Assembly (NCBI GenBank): GCA_951406725.2
Contig: OX597830.1
Coordinates: forward strand, 51,708,001 to 51,772,000
Length of the DNA stretch: 64,000 nucleotides
From: Octopus vulgaris
Taxonomy: Eukaryota
Direction of reading: 5' to 3'
Shown here: positions 1-64,000 of the stretch, piece by piece
Numbering within the stretch: the stretch's first letter is position 1
Layout of the letters: each line of letters starts with the position of its first letter
Program-made: the position numbers and the translations under genes
Notes under the pieces: generated by a model
The model's database searches: none
The model's input: only the letters and a program-made list of their open reading frames with translations
Told to the model about the DNA's origin: nothing

Positions 1-66
1 GTGGTAGCCTTTTTCTGTCTCCTACTATATAGTGCAGTATGCGAGTTTGTTAATAACTTGCTCAGC

Positions 67-105
<39 letters not shown>

Positions 106-108
<3 letters not shown>

Positions 109-437
109 CGTCACCGTCACCGTCACCGTCACCGTCACCGTCACCGTCACCGTCACCGTCACCGAGCAGGCTATCAGATGTTGGTACACATCGCTGGTCA
201 CAATGCGCTTCGCATTGTTTTAGCCTTCAAATGACGCCACCCCGCTGGCTAAGCGAGCAGGCCAACAAAAGAAAGAGTGAGAGAAAGTTGTGGCGAAAGA
301 ATACAGCAGGGATCCCCACCGGCCCCTGCCGGAGGTTGTGGAGCTTTAGGTGTTTTCGTTCAATAAGCACTCACAACGCCCGGTCTGGGAATCGAAAGCG
401 CGATCCGCTGCCCCAACCACTGGGCCATTGCGCCTCC
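106..437 (-). mobile_element. tRNA-derived SINE with (ACGGTG)n tail
   Basis: Minus strand starts GGAGGCGCAATGGCCCAGTGG (A box), followed by a B-box-like TTCGATTCCC; related pieces at 1582-1695 and 50770-50850. Confidence 0.75.
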
Positions 438-439
438 AC

Positions 440-479
<40 letters not shown>

Positions 480-530
480 ATGTGTGTGTGTGTGTGTATA
501 TACTCTTACTCTTTTATTTGTTTCCGTCAT

Positions 531-593
<63 letters not shown>

Positions 594-1182
594 TTATTAT
601 ATAGAAGGAGCTTCTACAGGACTAGAACTGTTTCATTCAAGAGAAATCATCAGGAAGCTCCTTCTATATAATAAATTAATTTTACTCTGCTATGTATTGA
701 GTACCTTATTTACTGTGGTTAACCCCGAATCAACCCGGGACCTACATATATATATATATATATATATGTATGTATATATACATGTATGTATATATACATG
801 TATGTATATATACATGTAAATATTTACATATATGTACACGCACGCACGAACACACACATTATCACACACACATATATATTGAACATTTAATACCTATCTT
901 TATATGAGGTACTTTGCAAGATATGTATAGTTTCTAGAATAATTATGTAACTATGATGGTATTTGATGTAAGGCGAGGGCGCTCCTTAACATATTGAATA
1001 ACATAGCTGTTTTTTTCTCTTATAAGTTTGTGTGGTGTGTGTATGTGTGTATGGCTATACATTTATATGTGTGCACATACAAAAGCTCATAAAGATAAAT
1101 ATGTTTCATATAGGTTAGTATTTAATCTACCGAATATAGCAACATCACTTGAATAAATTATTTATTTTTCATATTTTTGTAG

Positions 1183-50141
<48,959 letters not shown>

Positions 50142-50916
50142 AAAGGTAAGAATACTGATTACTATGTCAACTATATCTAATAATTTTTCTTTTCTCTTAT
50201 AATACGATTATAGTCAACACTGGTCATTTTCAAAACAATTCCACATTTCATTGACATGTCTGAAACTTCCGAGTCGCCTCCTTCATTGATATTTATTATA
50301 CAAAGTTCATACATATTTATGTCAGGTCGCTTGAGAGCATTACTGATATGTAAACCAGTATAAACTCTTCAAGAATCAGATCCTGGCGACTAGACTAGCA
50401 AATGCACCAAGATTGCTGAATATAAATCTCACAAACACAGACGTGCACACATATTCATGCACACGTGTGTGTGTATTTGTGTGTTGTCTGTATGTGTGGA
50501 TATATATATATATATATTATATACATATATACAATATATTTATATATATTTTTATATGATGTATACGCGGTCTCATCGATAAGTAATGAAGCTAAAGCAC
50601 GCATAGTGAAGCCACTTGGCAAAGATTGACCTTATACCCTGCTGCACATGCGCACGAAGTTTTAATGTTCTAGCTCACTTGCGCTGTTTACAGCAGTGCT
50701 CGGAAGGAAGGTGTGTAGCGTAGGATCGTTGCATTGACCATGATAGAGAGGATTGTATGAACCGCATACATATCGCTGGTCACAATGCGCTTCGCATTGT
50801 TTTAGCCTTCAAATGACGCCACCCTGCTGGCGGCTAAGTGAGCAGGCCAATATATATATATATATATATATGATAGAAAATATGTATATATATATATATA
50901 TATATGAATATATATA

Positions 50917-52852
<1,936 letters not shown>

Positions 52853-53280
52853 ATATATATATGTATGTCTATATATATATATGTATGTCTATATATATAT
52901 ATATGTATGTCTATATATATATATATGTATGTCTATATATATATATATGTATGTATATATATATATGTATGTCTATATATATATATATGTATGTCTATAT
53001 ATATATATATGAATGTATATGTATATATTGTGTATGTATATATATATATGCATGCATGTGTATGTGCATATGTATGTGCACATGTATGTATATATGTGTA
53101 CATGTATATATGTTTATATATACATGTATATATATGTGTGTGTGTGTGTGAGTGTACTGTGTCATTTGTATTTATATAAAGAACCATTGGAATGTTGTTT
53201 CAATATAATGGTGATGATAATGCTGTTAATTATTGCAATGATGATGATGATGATGATCGATTCTCGTTTTTGTTTTGCAG

Positions 53281-54122
53281 AAAGAAGAAAAAGAGGAAAG
53301 AATCACGGTTTTTCCAACATAAAGATGAATCACTGCAGAGAATAATTTTGCGTAAAGATAATTCAAAGAAAGTATAATAATAACAATTCAAGAATTTCTG
53401 AATCACTGAATGGGTGAATGTGAGGATGTAAGGATGTAAGGAAGAATAATTTGAAGAAACTTTTTTTGAAATTCACTTACTTTACGAAAAAAATTGAAGA
53501 TTGATCAAATCAGGAGAAGACGAATTACGTCCTGCATTAATTCCATAAACTATTTAAACTTATATATATTTATCTTTATATTCTCTTTTCACCAATGAAA
53601 ATGGTACCATGATTTCGGATGATCTTTGTGGAATGAATTCTACGGGTAACTTCTGTTCAATTCATGCAGAATAATTTTTTTTTTATATAATGAAAACTCA
53701 AATATTTGATGTGCAATTCTTAAGTAATTACGACCAGCAACAACATGACAAAAATATACATATGCAAAAAACAGCAAAAATTACACTATCAATAATAATG
53801 ATAACAATCCTTTTCTACTTATACAGGAGCCACGATTCCTGTTTTTTTTTGTTTTTGTTTTTTGGCGGGGGGGGGAGGGGGGGTTAGTTGATGCATCCGC
53901 CCAAAAGAAGATTCATGGGGCTTATTTCATCGCCTCCGATCAATTAATAATGATAATAATAATAATATGAAATAATAATGAAATTGATATTGATTACAGT
54001 GAATAACAACGAAAATATATACTATTGATGATTCTGTTTGCAATAATTTAAAAACCTTTAACGACTGCTGGCAGTCAAACATATAATGGAGAGTATTTTT
54101 CAATTTTTCAATTCATAACAAC

Positions 54123-54158
<36 letters not shown>

Positions 54159-54790
54159 CCTATACGAATAATTTTTTATAATTTTGGTTTTTTGTTATAG
54201 TGGTCTTATCACTTTTGAACGTTTATGTTTACCATTATACTGATAACTGAACATTATTGTGTTGGGACTGTTTTCAAGTGTGTGTCTGTATACACACACA
54301 CGTACACACACATGTACATATAATACATACATACATTCACACACACACACACACACATACATACATACATACATACATACATACATACATACATACATAC
54401 ATACATACATACATACACATATATATATATATATATAAGTCTGTGTGGAAGGCGGTTGTTTTTTCCTATGGATATTTATCCAAGCGTACACCGGTGTAGC
54501 TCTATATCAACTAATGATAGTGGAAATTCACATGTGCATTTGTGCTGTTTGTCGTTGTTTCCGCTTCGATATTAGTACCTTCCACTTTTTGAAATTCCAG
54601 CTGTCGCTTAGAGATATTTCCATCTTTTCGACGACAGAGGAGAAAAAATTTTAAGACTACAAAATAAATGGCGTATGTATACAAAGAATAATCTAAATAC
54701 TTATTATCATAGTCAATTCATGTTGCCTACGCGTAGTAAGTAATAAATCGAAACATTGATTGAATATCATAATAAATATTTTGATTATTC
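53281..54790 (+). other. Probable non-coding terminal (3'UTR) exon
   Basis: Strong acceptor ttttgttttgcag ending at 53280; AATAAA at 54742 and 54771; 3' end approximate. Confidence 0.5.
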
Positions 54791-54975
54791 TGTGTATACA
54801 TTCTCCATTTTCATCATATATATATATATATATCGCACGCGCACACATACATACACATAACTTTATAACTACACGCAGAACTTAGAACAAGCAAAATCAT
54901 CGGGGCATTGCTTAATACAATTACATGAATCTTTATCATCATCGTCTGCATTATTATGATTCTAAATTGCGCCGC

Positions 54976-55015
<40 letters not shown>

Positions 55016-55456
55016 GCTGTTGTTATTCTCATTATCCTTGTTATCATTATCATTATTTAAATTCTTGACATTATTTTTTTTACAAATGTTTGTAGCGTTT
55101 ATTAAAACCCTGGGTCCTTTATAAAATGTCACCTGTTAGCATAATAGTTGGCGCATATGACAAATGGTCTTATGAATCATGTTTCGGCGTTCTGCATTCT
55201 GAATTGAAATTTTGCAAAGGCTAAATATGCATTTCCTCCTTACATATTAGATAAAATTAAGCCCCAGTGAAGTGTTTAATTGGAGCTACCTCTGTCTCGT
55301 AACTTGCTTCACTTCTTTTGGGAGCAATTACTTGAAAATGGGAGCAGCGAATTGGGAGACTTTCTAAATTGATACCAAAAAAGCATTATATAGGGAGAAA
55401 TGACATTACATTTGGTTGAGAGTGACAGCCGTACTACGTGTGTATGGGCATCCATC

Positions 55457-55544
<88 letters not shown>

Positions 55545-57204
55545 GCGTATCTATATGCGTCTATATGTATGTGTATATAAGTACATATATGTATGAATGT
55601 ATACATAAATGTATGCTTGCATATATGATATATATGTATGCATATATAAATATATATATATGTATATAATTGTATGTATAATCGTGTACGTCTCAGAGTA
55701 TTGTTTATCTGTTTATACTCCCTTTCAGAGAGTACTATACTCAAATTGAATTAAAATACATGATATTTACAAACAACGTTTAAACCACTCTAACCTAAAT
55801 TCACATTTCAAATTGGGAAATAAACTTATATATCATTCATTTTACAATATGTTACAATTCATGATTAACATATATTTCTTAAATTAAACATTACAATTGT
55901 TAAAAATATTTAACATACTGGCATAATCTCTTGCAAAACATGTGTTATGAATAAAATTACACACGCATATACACCCGCATTAACACACGCAAAGACCTTA
56001 AAAAAATTAAAGTTTAAATGTGATCTATATAGGTTGTAAACACCAGACACTCACACACGCATACTATTGTTTCGAATTTCGTGTATTCGCTAATATTGCT
56101 CTAGAATGTTAACAATGTTGTAAATTTCTAGATCAATTGCATTTAAATTGAATTATATCAATTTCTATATTTCTCTGCGTGTACATTCACGCACACACAC
56201 ACATGTATACACTTCAATTGTATGTATGTATATATGTTTGTATGTGTGCCTGCACACAGTTTTTGTGAGTAAATATTAAATAGTTGCCTGCCAGACTACA
56301 TATCTTAGCGACATGAGTCCTTTCTGTGTTAAAGGAGAATTGCTTTCGGAAAACAAATGTTTCGTGGTTAGAGACTAATCTAATCTAACAGTTCGTCAAA
56401 CTGCTCGCATAGTCGGTAACTTATTGCCATAATAACACAATACCTACACACAGACAAACATACAGCCAGTCACATTCTTCCAAAGTTATATGTACACAAA
56501 CACAGACACACACGTATTTATCGTATTTTCACTCGGTGTGGAGTAAAGCATGAAATTATTTACAAATTCAACAGGTATTATAATAAAAAAAAAAGAGAAA
56601 AAAATACTTTGACTAACGGGATTTGAGTATATAACTGTTCAATTCAGTACCTGGCTAAACCTACATATATATATATATATATATGATAATATATTTACGT
56701 ATTTATGTATGTATTTCGTTTAATCATCGTTCCTTTGTTAAATAAAAATCGTTATAAAAGTGTTTGTATTTGAGTAATTCTTTTCAACAAACTACTTTCG
56801 TCAACATGTAGTTTTCTAAAACGCACAGTGTAAATCGAAAGAAATTTGGTAAATTGGAATATCAAATGATGCTGAATTAAAACCGGTAGTGTATACATTC
56901 ATTTCATAATGTCATAAAGGTAAAAAAAAAAAAAAAAGCGGGGAGAAGAATTTACTAACGGACCACTACATATTTTTGTCGATTAATCGTCAGAAGTACA
57001 TGGTCTCTTTTCTGAGTGAACAGCAAACAGTCTTTAATATTGTATGAGAAAATCATAAATGAAGTTACTACGTTAGTGCTAAGTATAAGTTTCATATCTG
57101 TGCTTTTGACTGCTCGACATAAAACAAGATACGAGGGGAATTCGAATAACATATCTTTATTATTGCCACACTGCCTTCTACACATGCAAGCTTATAGTTG
57201 ATAC

Positions 57205-57410
57205 TATTGTGGTCACGTGGTCGTGTTTGAGCCTGATCGTACCATTTCTCTTTCTGGTTTAACAATGTAAGCATGGTCACTCCGTAATTGATACTGTTTC
57301 GGCCACGTGATCGAAGTTTGAGCCTGATCGCGCCGTACACACTTCGCGGTAGTGCGCTGTCCCCGTATCGTATTGTGCTGAAAGCCTTCGATAAATTTGG
57401 CCACGTGTGT
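57205..57410. promoter_or_regulatory. CpG-richer segment with three CACGTG E-boxes
   Basis: CACGTG at 57214, 57304 and 57402; two lie in an imperfect direct repeat ending GTTTGAGCCTGATCG. Confidence 0.3.
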
Positions 57411-58109
57411 GTGTGTAGTTGTCTGTGTGTATAAGATGAATTTAAAGGGATAAATTTTGCAGGTGGTCACCGTAGTAGCTCTCAGGTATATGGCTAACTG
57501 AGTCGATGATCACTGGGTATTAGCAATCCCTCTGCAGTTCTTCTGGTGGGTAACTCCGTGTTCGCTTTTCTGGATTGTGAATATTAACAGGAGTGTATAT
57601 TTCAAATAATTATAAAGAACACGGAGACTGGTCATCATCTAACTTTATAGTTTGTCATACAGCATAATTTGATGGGTAAATTGACCGACATGTGTTCCTG
57701 CTACAGAGAATATGTGCAGTTGTAAATGCATCCGAGCATAATTTTCTGTGCACTTTATTTCAGAGTACTTCAGCAAGCGTGGTTAGAAGCGAACTGAGTT
57801 CGTTTATTTGTGGCTAGTTTAAGAAACAAAGGGAAGCGACGGGAGGTTAGTCGAAACCTGATATGATTATTAAAATTTATTTTTATGATGACTTCAACTT
57901 CACTCCAGTTTACAAGCAGGAATTGGGAGCCCAGTAGCTATGAAATTAGGTCAAATTTTATTAAAGTGTACTAATACGCTTTTTCCAAACGCTTTTTTTT
58001 CCTTCTTTTGGAGGAGATTGAAATGAGTTCCTATTTAATGTAGTTATAGAGTTCTTTTAATATAATTTAAGGCAGTGCACTAAAGTTGAACTGTTGGTTT
58101 TATACATAA

Positions 58110-59025
58110 ATACGACGCATGTGTACGGACAGCCATGCTACATGGCAGTGAAACATGGGCCGTGACCGTTGAGGACATGCATAAGCTCGCAAGGAATGCT
58201 CCGATGGATGTGTAATGTCAGTGTGCATACTCGTCAGAATGTAAGTACCTTGAAAGGAAGGTTGGACCTAAGAAGCATCAGATGTGTTGGTATGGTCATG
58301 TGGTGAGGATGGATGTGGATAGCTGTGCGAAAAAGTTCCACACCCTAGCAGTTGAGGGAACCTGTGGAAGAGATAGACCCAGGGAGACCTGGGATGAGGT
58401 GTGGAGCATGACCTTCGAATATTGAGCCTCACCGAGGCAAGGACTAGTGACCGGGACCTTTGGAAGTATTCTGTGCTTGAGAAGACTCGGCAAGCGCAAG
58501 TGAAACCATAACCTTGTCGCCTATGCCAGGAGTATAACCAGTCCACTTAAGCGTGCCTTTTCTTCATTGGACACTAAACTCTGGTTGAGGCAAGTAAAAT
58601 AGAAATCGAAATCGATGACTGGCATACGTGCTAGTGGAGCGCTAAGAGTACCATACAAGTGAGATCATTGCCAGAGCAACAAGCTGGCCTCCGTGCCGAT
58701 GGCACGTTAAACACACCATTCCAGCGTGATCGTTACCTGCGTCGCCTTACTAGCACTTGTACTGGTGACACTTGTACTACTAGCACTGGTACTGGTGACA
58801 CGTGAAAAAAACATTCGAGCGTGGCCGTTCCCAGTACCGCCTAGCTGGCCCTCGTGCCGGTGGCAGGTAAAAGCACCCACTATACTCTCGGAGTGGTTGG
58901 CTTTAAGAAGGGCATCCAGATCAGACTGGAGTCTTGTGCAGCCATCTGGTTCGCCAGACCTCAGTCAAATCGTCCAACCCATGACAGCATGGAAAGCGGA
59001 CGTTAAACGACGATGATGATGATGA
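58110..59025 (+). mobile_element. RTE-clade LINE 3' fragment with (GAT)n tail
   Basis: YDACVRTAMLHGSETW, WYGHVVRM, RPRETW; 3'UTR ends GTTAAACGACGATGATGAT. Confidence 0.85.
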
Positions 59026-59280
59026 TATATATATTGTGTTATGCTTAGAAGGGATACAATTTACCAGAATTTTCGACTCGCGTCAAATAGAATCTCTTCC
59101 AAATCCTTGGAGTTGGGACAGGCTAGTTTGAACTGGATCGATGTGGTATGAATTATAATAACGATGGCAAACCAAATAATGATATTTTATACGTATGTGT
59201 CAGGTCATTGCATTACGTGTAATAGGAATTACATCCCTCATCCAAGACCTCCCTTTGTTAATACATATTTAAGAATTAAG

Positions 59281-59490
59281 GCGGTGAACTGGCAGAAACG
59301 TTAGCACGCCGGGCGAAGTGCTTAACAGTATTTCGTCTGCCGTTACGTTCTGAGTTCAAATTCCGCCGAGGTCGACTTTGCCTTTCATCATTTCGGGGTC
59401 GATAAATAAATCACTAGTTGCGTACTAGAGTCGATCTAATCGACTGGACCCCTCCTCCAAAATTTCGAGTCTTGTGCCTAGATTACAAAA
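59281..59490 (+). mobile_element. SINE, 5431 family
   Basis: Direct sequence similarity. Confidence 0.78.
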
Positions 59491-60007
59491 GATCGTCTCT
59501 GAGAAACTATACATTAACACTGTTCGATGTTTCCGTTAATAAAAAAAAGTGAACATTATACTGCTGTTATCTGCGTGAACTTATATGAATCTATTTTCAT
59601 AAAACTTTAGAAAATATTGAAGTTTTAATGGCATCACTAGTGAAATTAATTATAACCTTTTGAGGAGTACGATATTTAAAACAAAAACAATTCTTTTGAG
59701 AGAATTTTTCTCTCCATGTCTCTCTCTCCCTCTCTCTCTTATCTCTCTCCATTCCTTTCAGTAGACTCGAAATGTCAAAGATTTCTTCCATTTTTCCTGA
59801 GCGTCAAACTATTACAGCCGCTGCGTTGTTCTTTCACCTGTCTTTGTAGGTTTTTTAGTATATTTTTGGACCGTATATAATATACGTTCACGCTGTCAAC
59901 CAAGTTTGATCCTACTTGACAGCACCTCCTCCCCATTTGGATTCTCATCTTCTTTCCCACCTACCTCTTGAACCAATGTTTCCTCTGCAGAACCACTTTA
60001 TCATTTA

Positions 60008-60394
60008 CTAGCAGTAGCGCCCAGCGTTGCTCGGGATTGTTTCGATCCTTTAGAATTGGAATTTTTGAAAAGTAAAAATTTTGCATTATGTAGCTTGTTA
60101 TTCTCTTTAAGTGAACATTTTTCTGGTTGAAATACACCGAAAAATAGAGACACAGTCAAAAAATCGTAAAAAATAGGAATTTTCATAGAAAAAAAAGCAC
60201 CTCTTTGATGTAAATAATTTTTGGTGTTAACATGGTCCGATTTGAATTCTGTCTTCTATTGAAGGAAGAGCAAGCCTTCTTCTATCATACTCTCAATTTT
60301 GGCCAACTTGCGCCGCAGGGTCTCGGAGGAGATAGTGTTAGTTTGAAGGCTACCAAACCTGCCATACACAGACAACTTCAACTTTATATATAGA
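60008..60394 (-). mobile_element. Non-autonomous Helitron, apparently complete
   Basis: Minus strand A|TCTATATATAAAG...CCCGAGCAACGCTGGG hairpin...CTAG|T; inserted between A and T with no TSD. Confidence 0.82.
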
Positions 60395-60934
60395 TTTCAC
60401 TCGAATTACCACTGGGACTTTATATTTTTCCGATTCTATCATCATGGATTTTGCTATACACTGCTGTTGATTTATATTCCGTACAGTTTTCACCTGCGAA
60501 ATATCAACTACATGTTAACCTAACGTCATGTACAGTGGGTTTGCACCATGAACTTCGTGATTGCGAAATGCACAGATTAAAAGTCAACAACTATGTACGT
60601 GTCTTTACGTTTGTGGTAATTAAGTTGTTTGTTATTACAACTATCTTTAAACATAAAGTGTAATAAAATATATGAATTTAAATAGGTGAAACTGGGAATT
60701 AAGATCAGCACACTGATTTCACTCTAAAGCAACTTGCTTTAGTTTTACGCATCTGGAAATTTCTGTTCGTTCCATTCAACTCATGATAACAGATTTATTA
60801 ACACTGTAATTACGAAAGAAGTTGGTTTGTCGTGGAGAAGTCAACATAACACTAAATACCTTTACATGCTGCATAATTATTATCAGTGCGATCTAAACGT
60901 ATCTGCAAAACTTTTAAAACAGTACATCATGCTC

Positions 60935-62480
60935 TCATAGAAATTTCTCCCAGAAGACTTGATTAGGTGATAACAATTCTAGGCAACTAAAAATTCTCGC
61001 CACATTCAGCCACCTTTCAACAAACTTACTGGTTGATAGTACCTCCCTCTCCAGCCTCACTTTCCTTTTCAGGTGGAACCTGAAAAAGTTAATGAGGACT
61101 TGGCCATAGTGGAAGGTACCCGTCTCCAACCCTTTCAATCGGGTCCACAACACAACCACTTTTGCCATAGCCACCCGACAGAGAAACATTGCTCTCCCTT
61201 CCCGGCCAAAGGAAAGAGGTGGTCTATCTTCACAATGAACACGGACGATTGTCGGAATCGTCCTACACGTGACAATAACTGTTCATCAACGCTCCACAAG
61301 TCAGCAATTCACGAGCATTCAACGAGAGCATGCAGAACGATTTCATCGCTCCACGTGCATCTCGACAAACCCTAGTGACTGCATACCCATGCCTGTAGAA
61401 CTTACCTCCAGCCGGCTGCGCTCCCCGGTAGCACCTACAGGCCAGGAATTTCTGGAAGTTATAGTTCCCGGCCCGAAAGTCCACAGGAAGAGACCAGCCA
61501 GTAGATGCCCCTCGACGACCAGAACCTCTTCCAGTAAGTCGTCGCTCTTGTCCTTCACTAATCCTCTATAGAACTCCATAGTCGAACTTCCACCGACTGC
61601 ATTGCCCGACTGGAGACACTCTAGGTGCCAAGCGCCCTGCCCCGGTCTACGGCTGATCCAGGACTGTAGCTCTGTCAGGGATACGAGGTGCAGAAAAGCG
61701 CGTTCAACAAACGGAGACCGCACCTGCTCACCACTAAGGTGTCACTGGAGATTTCGCGGCCTCAGCGCATCATCAGCTACGGCATGTCCAGTCTGACAGA
61801 AAATGGACCATCAGATAAATGGTACCTGACCCTTCTACAGGAAGCGGAAGAGCAGACGCACCAGCCCGATCAGCCACGAAGTGGGGCAAGGAACGAGTCA
61901 TGCGATAGTATACGACGGATGTGATGTACGCATTCGCCACCTTCACCCGAATTTTCAGGAACAGCTCCCTCTTGGCCCATTTCTGGGTGAGAAAGGCCAC
62001 CATGTCTCTCACCTCGCCCCAGTTCTTGTCCACTGGGAGATCTGGACTTAACCTGACACCGAGTAACTTAGCAGGTCCATTCATCCAGCGCCCCACAACG
62101 CTGTCGGTTGGCATGGGCCTGCTTCTCCAGGCGCCAAGCTGCAGGCCCACTGACATCTCCTGGTTGATCATTGCTGCTGTCACTGCTTCGTCTTCCCTTA
62201 GGGTAGTGCCGACCATCACAATTTCCGAGATGTTTGACACTATCACAATGACGTCGTCCGCATACGCCGACAAGAACTTTCCGCATCCCAGTTCTCGCGG
62301 GATGCCACCCTACATCTCCAGCTTCCGTAGTAATGGTTCGAGTGCCAGTACGTAAAGAAGGGTGAATGTGGGCATCCCTGACGGACCGAAATCTGCCGCC
62401 ATACTCCCTCGTTTTCGCTATGTAATGGATATCGTACCATATGTTTTTCAAGGCTTTTCCCACTTGGTCGCGTTTAGCAT
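60935..62480 (-). mobile_element. Decayed L1/Tx1-clade LINE
   Basis: VRQGCPHSP and SAYADDVIV RT motifs in different frames; downstream W/C-rich region. Confidence 0.8.
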
Positions 62481-63227
62481 TTTCAAGCGTCCTTGTATTT
62501 GTGTTTATACATCTGTAGACGACTGTTCGTTTCGCTGTTGCTCCCAGCATGTAGTGTGGAGCCATCAGTTCTGCCCTCCTTCCATTCATTTTCCTAAATT
62601 CTGCCGCCTTGTTTAATTTTTCTACTTTGTTCCCCAATGAGAAGTTAATCCATTCCTTCACTGCCGTGATATCTGTGAACGTTCATTTCCCACCGCTAAG
62701 TCCATTTTTATTGGGCGCTTCACACTCGCTTTCAATATTGTTTTGGGTGCTACTACAATTTCCATGTAGTGAGGAAGTCTTTACTCCTTCCTTCCTCTCT
62801 TTCTTTCTGCATTTCCCTTCATTTCTTTCCTTGACTCTTCACTTCTCCTTGAACCTTCTTTTCTTCTTGCTGTCTGCTGCCAATCACGGTGAGGAGGAGG
62901 GGACGTCCTCGTGCAAACTGCCGTGCAATCTTCCTTCCAAAATGGGGCTTTGCTTAACAGACGTCATCCCCTAGGAAGGCAGCTGGTTTGAAAAACAATT
63001 TAACCAATAAAATACCTTATTTACAGTTGACGGATATTTGTCCTCATCTTGTTTATTGTTAACCAAACATTTCGATTGATATACCTTCCTGGTTTCATTA
63101 GGTGCCTTGGGGAAATTTCGAACCTAGGTTCTCATTCCTAATGTATTTTTAAGACCGCGGGCTACTAACCCCAAGATTCCGAGTTCGATTCCAGGCATTG
63201 ACCTGAATAATAATAATAATAATAATG

Positions 63228-63266
<39 letters not shown>

Positions 63267-63314
63267 GATGATGATGATGATGATGATGATGATAAAAGTG
63301 AATTAAAACTGGAA

Positions 63315-63935
63315 ACGGATGCTTATATCTGTGCTCACAGAGCAAGCACTAAGAACCAACTACATCTAATACAGAATAGACAACACATCAGAAAGTGATA
63401 AACGCTGAATTTGTGGACAAAATGGTGAAACTTTATGGCACATTACCAGTCAATGTCAATGTACGCCACTAACCCGGAAAGAATACAAGAGACGTCATGA
63501 CGATATACCAAGAATTGTCCATTGGACACTTTGCAACATGTATTGACTTGACAGAGAAAAAAAGCGGTACGTATATATAAACCCGAAGGCATCACGGAAA
63601 ATGATAATGCAAAGATCCTTTTAGGATTTTAGGATTCAGTGCGACCATGAGATAGAAAATAGGAAGCCAGACATAGTCTTAATTGAGAGAGAAAGCAAAC
63701 GAAGCTGGATCATAGATATAGCGTGCCCAGCTGACAACAAGGTATGCGACAAGTAAGAAAGAAAATTCGATAGATACGACAGGTTAGCTTCAGAGATTAA
63801 GCAGTTGTGGTCGATGAAAAAGGTGGCAGTAGTACCAATAATTGTCGGAGCCCTGGGAACAGTGAGTAAAAATCTTGAGAAGTACATGGAACAAATATGG
63901 ACTGCAATAAGGGTGGAGCACTTGCAGGAAACAGC
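63315..63935 (+). mobile_element. Decayed R4/Dong-like LINE 3' fragment between AAT/GAT tracts
   Basis: EQALRTNY, CG...ET..HI, EYKRRHD, RKPDIVL, IIDIACP, VVPIIVGALG. Confidence 0.8.
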
Positions 63936-63978
<43 letters not shown>

Positions 63979-64000
63979 TGATGATGATGATGATGATAAT

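Noticed and set aside
50562-50760. Possible mariner 5' end
   Set aside because: Only ~200 bp, with no partner TIR and no translatable transposase; not enough support.
63060-63110. Further hammerhead on the minus strand
   Set aside because: The core reads CTAATGA and stem II is mismatched; at best a decayed copy.

Overview
AT-rich, microsatellite-dense animal DNA. The SINE, Penelope and RTE repeat content looks like an octopus or other cephalopod, which is my inference. Most of the window (1183-~54790, + strand) is the 3' part of one large multi-exon gene whose 5' end lies upstream. I assembled 35 coding exons by hand. All have AG/GT boundaries and compatible phases, totalling 4992 nt (1663 aa plus stop). 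They encode a MUC4/SUSD2-type membrane protein: NIDO (C-terminal part), AMOP, VWD with GDPH, about 23 EGF/cbEGF modules, a 24-nt microexon, a TM helix and a cytoplasmic tail. The striking feature is a ~14 kb near-identical, two-tier tandem array (28233-42535) that adds 13 phase-1/1 EGF exons in the order A-B6-(A-B)3. Introns and the downstream region carry tRNA-derived SINEs, CR1, RTE, Hero, R4-Dong and Tx1 LINE remnants, a decayed Tc1, a complete non-autonomous Helitron, a MITE, and Penelope-like fragments with minimal hammerhead-like motifs. Nearly all long ORFs in the supplied track are microsatellite artefacts.
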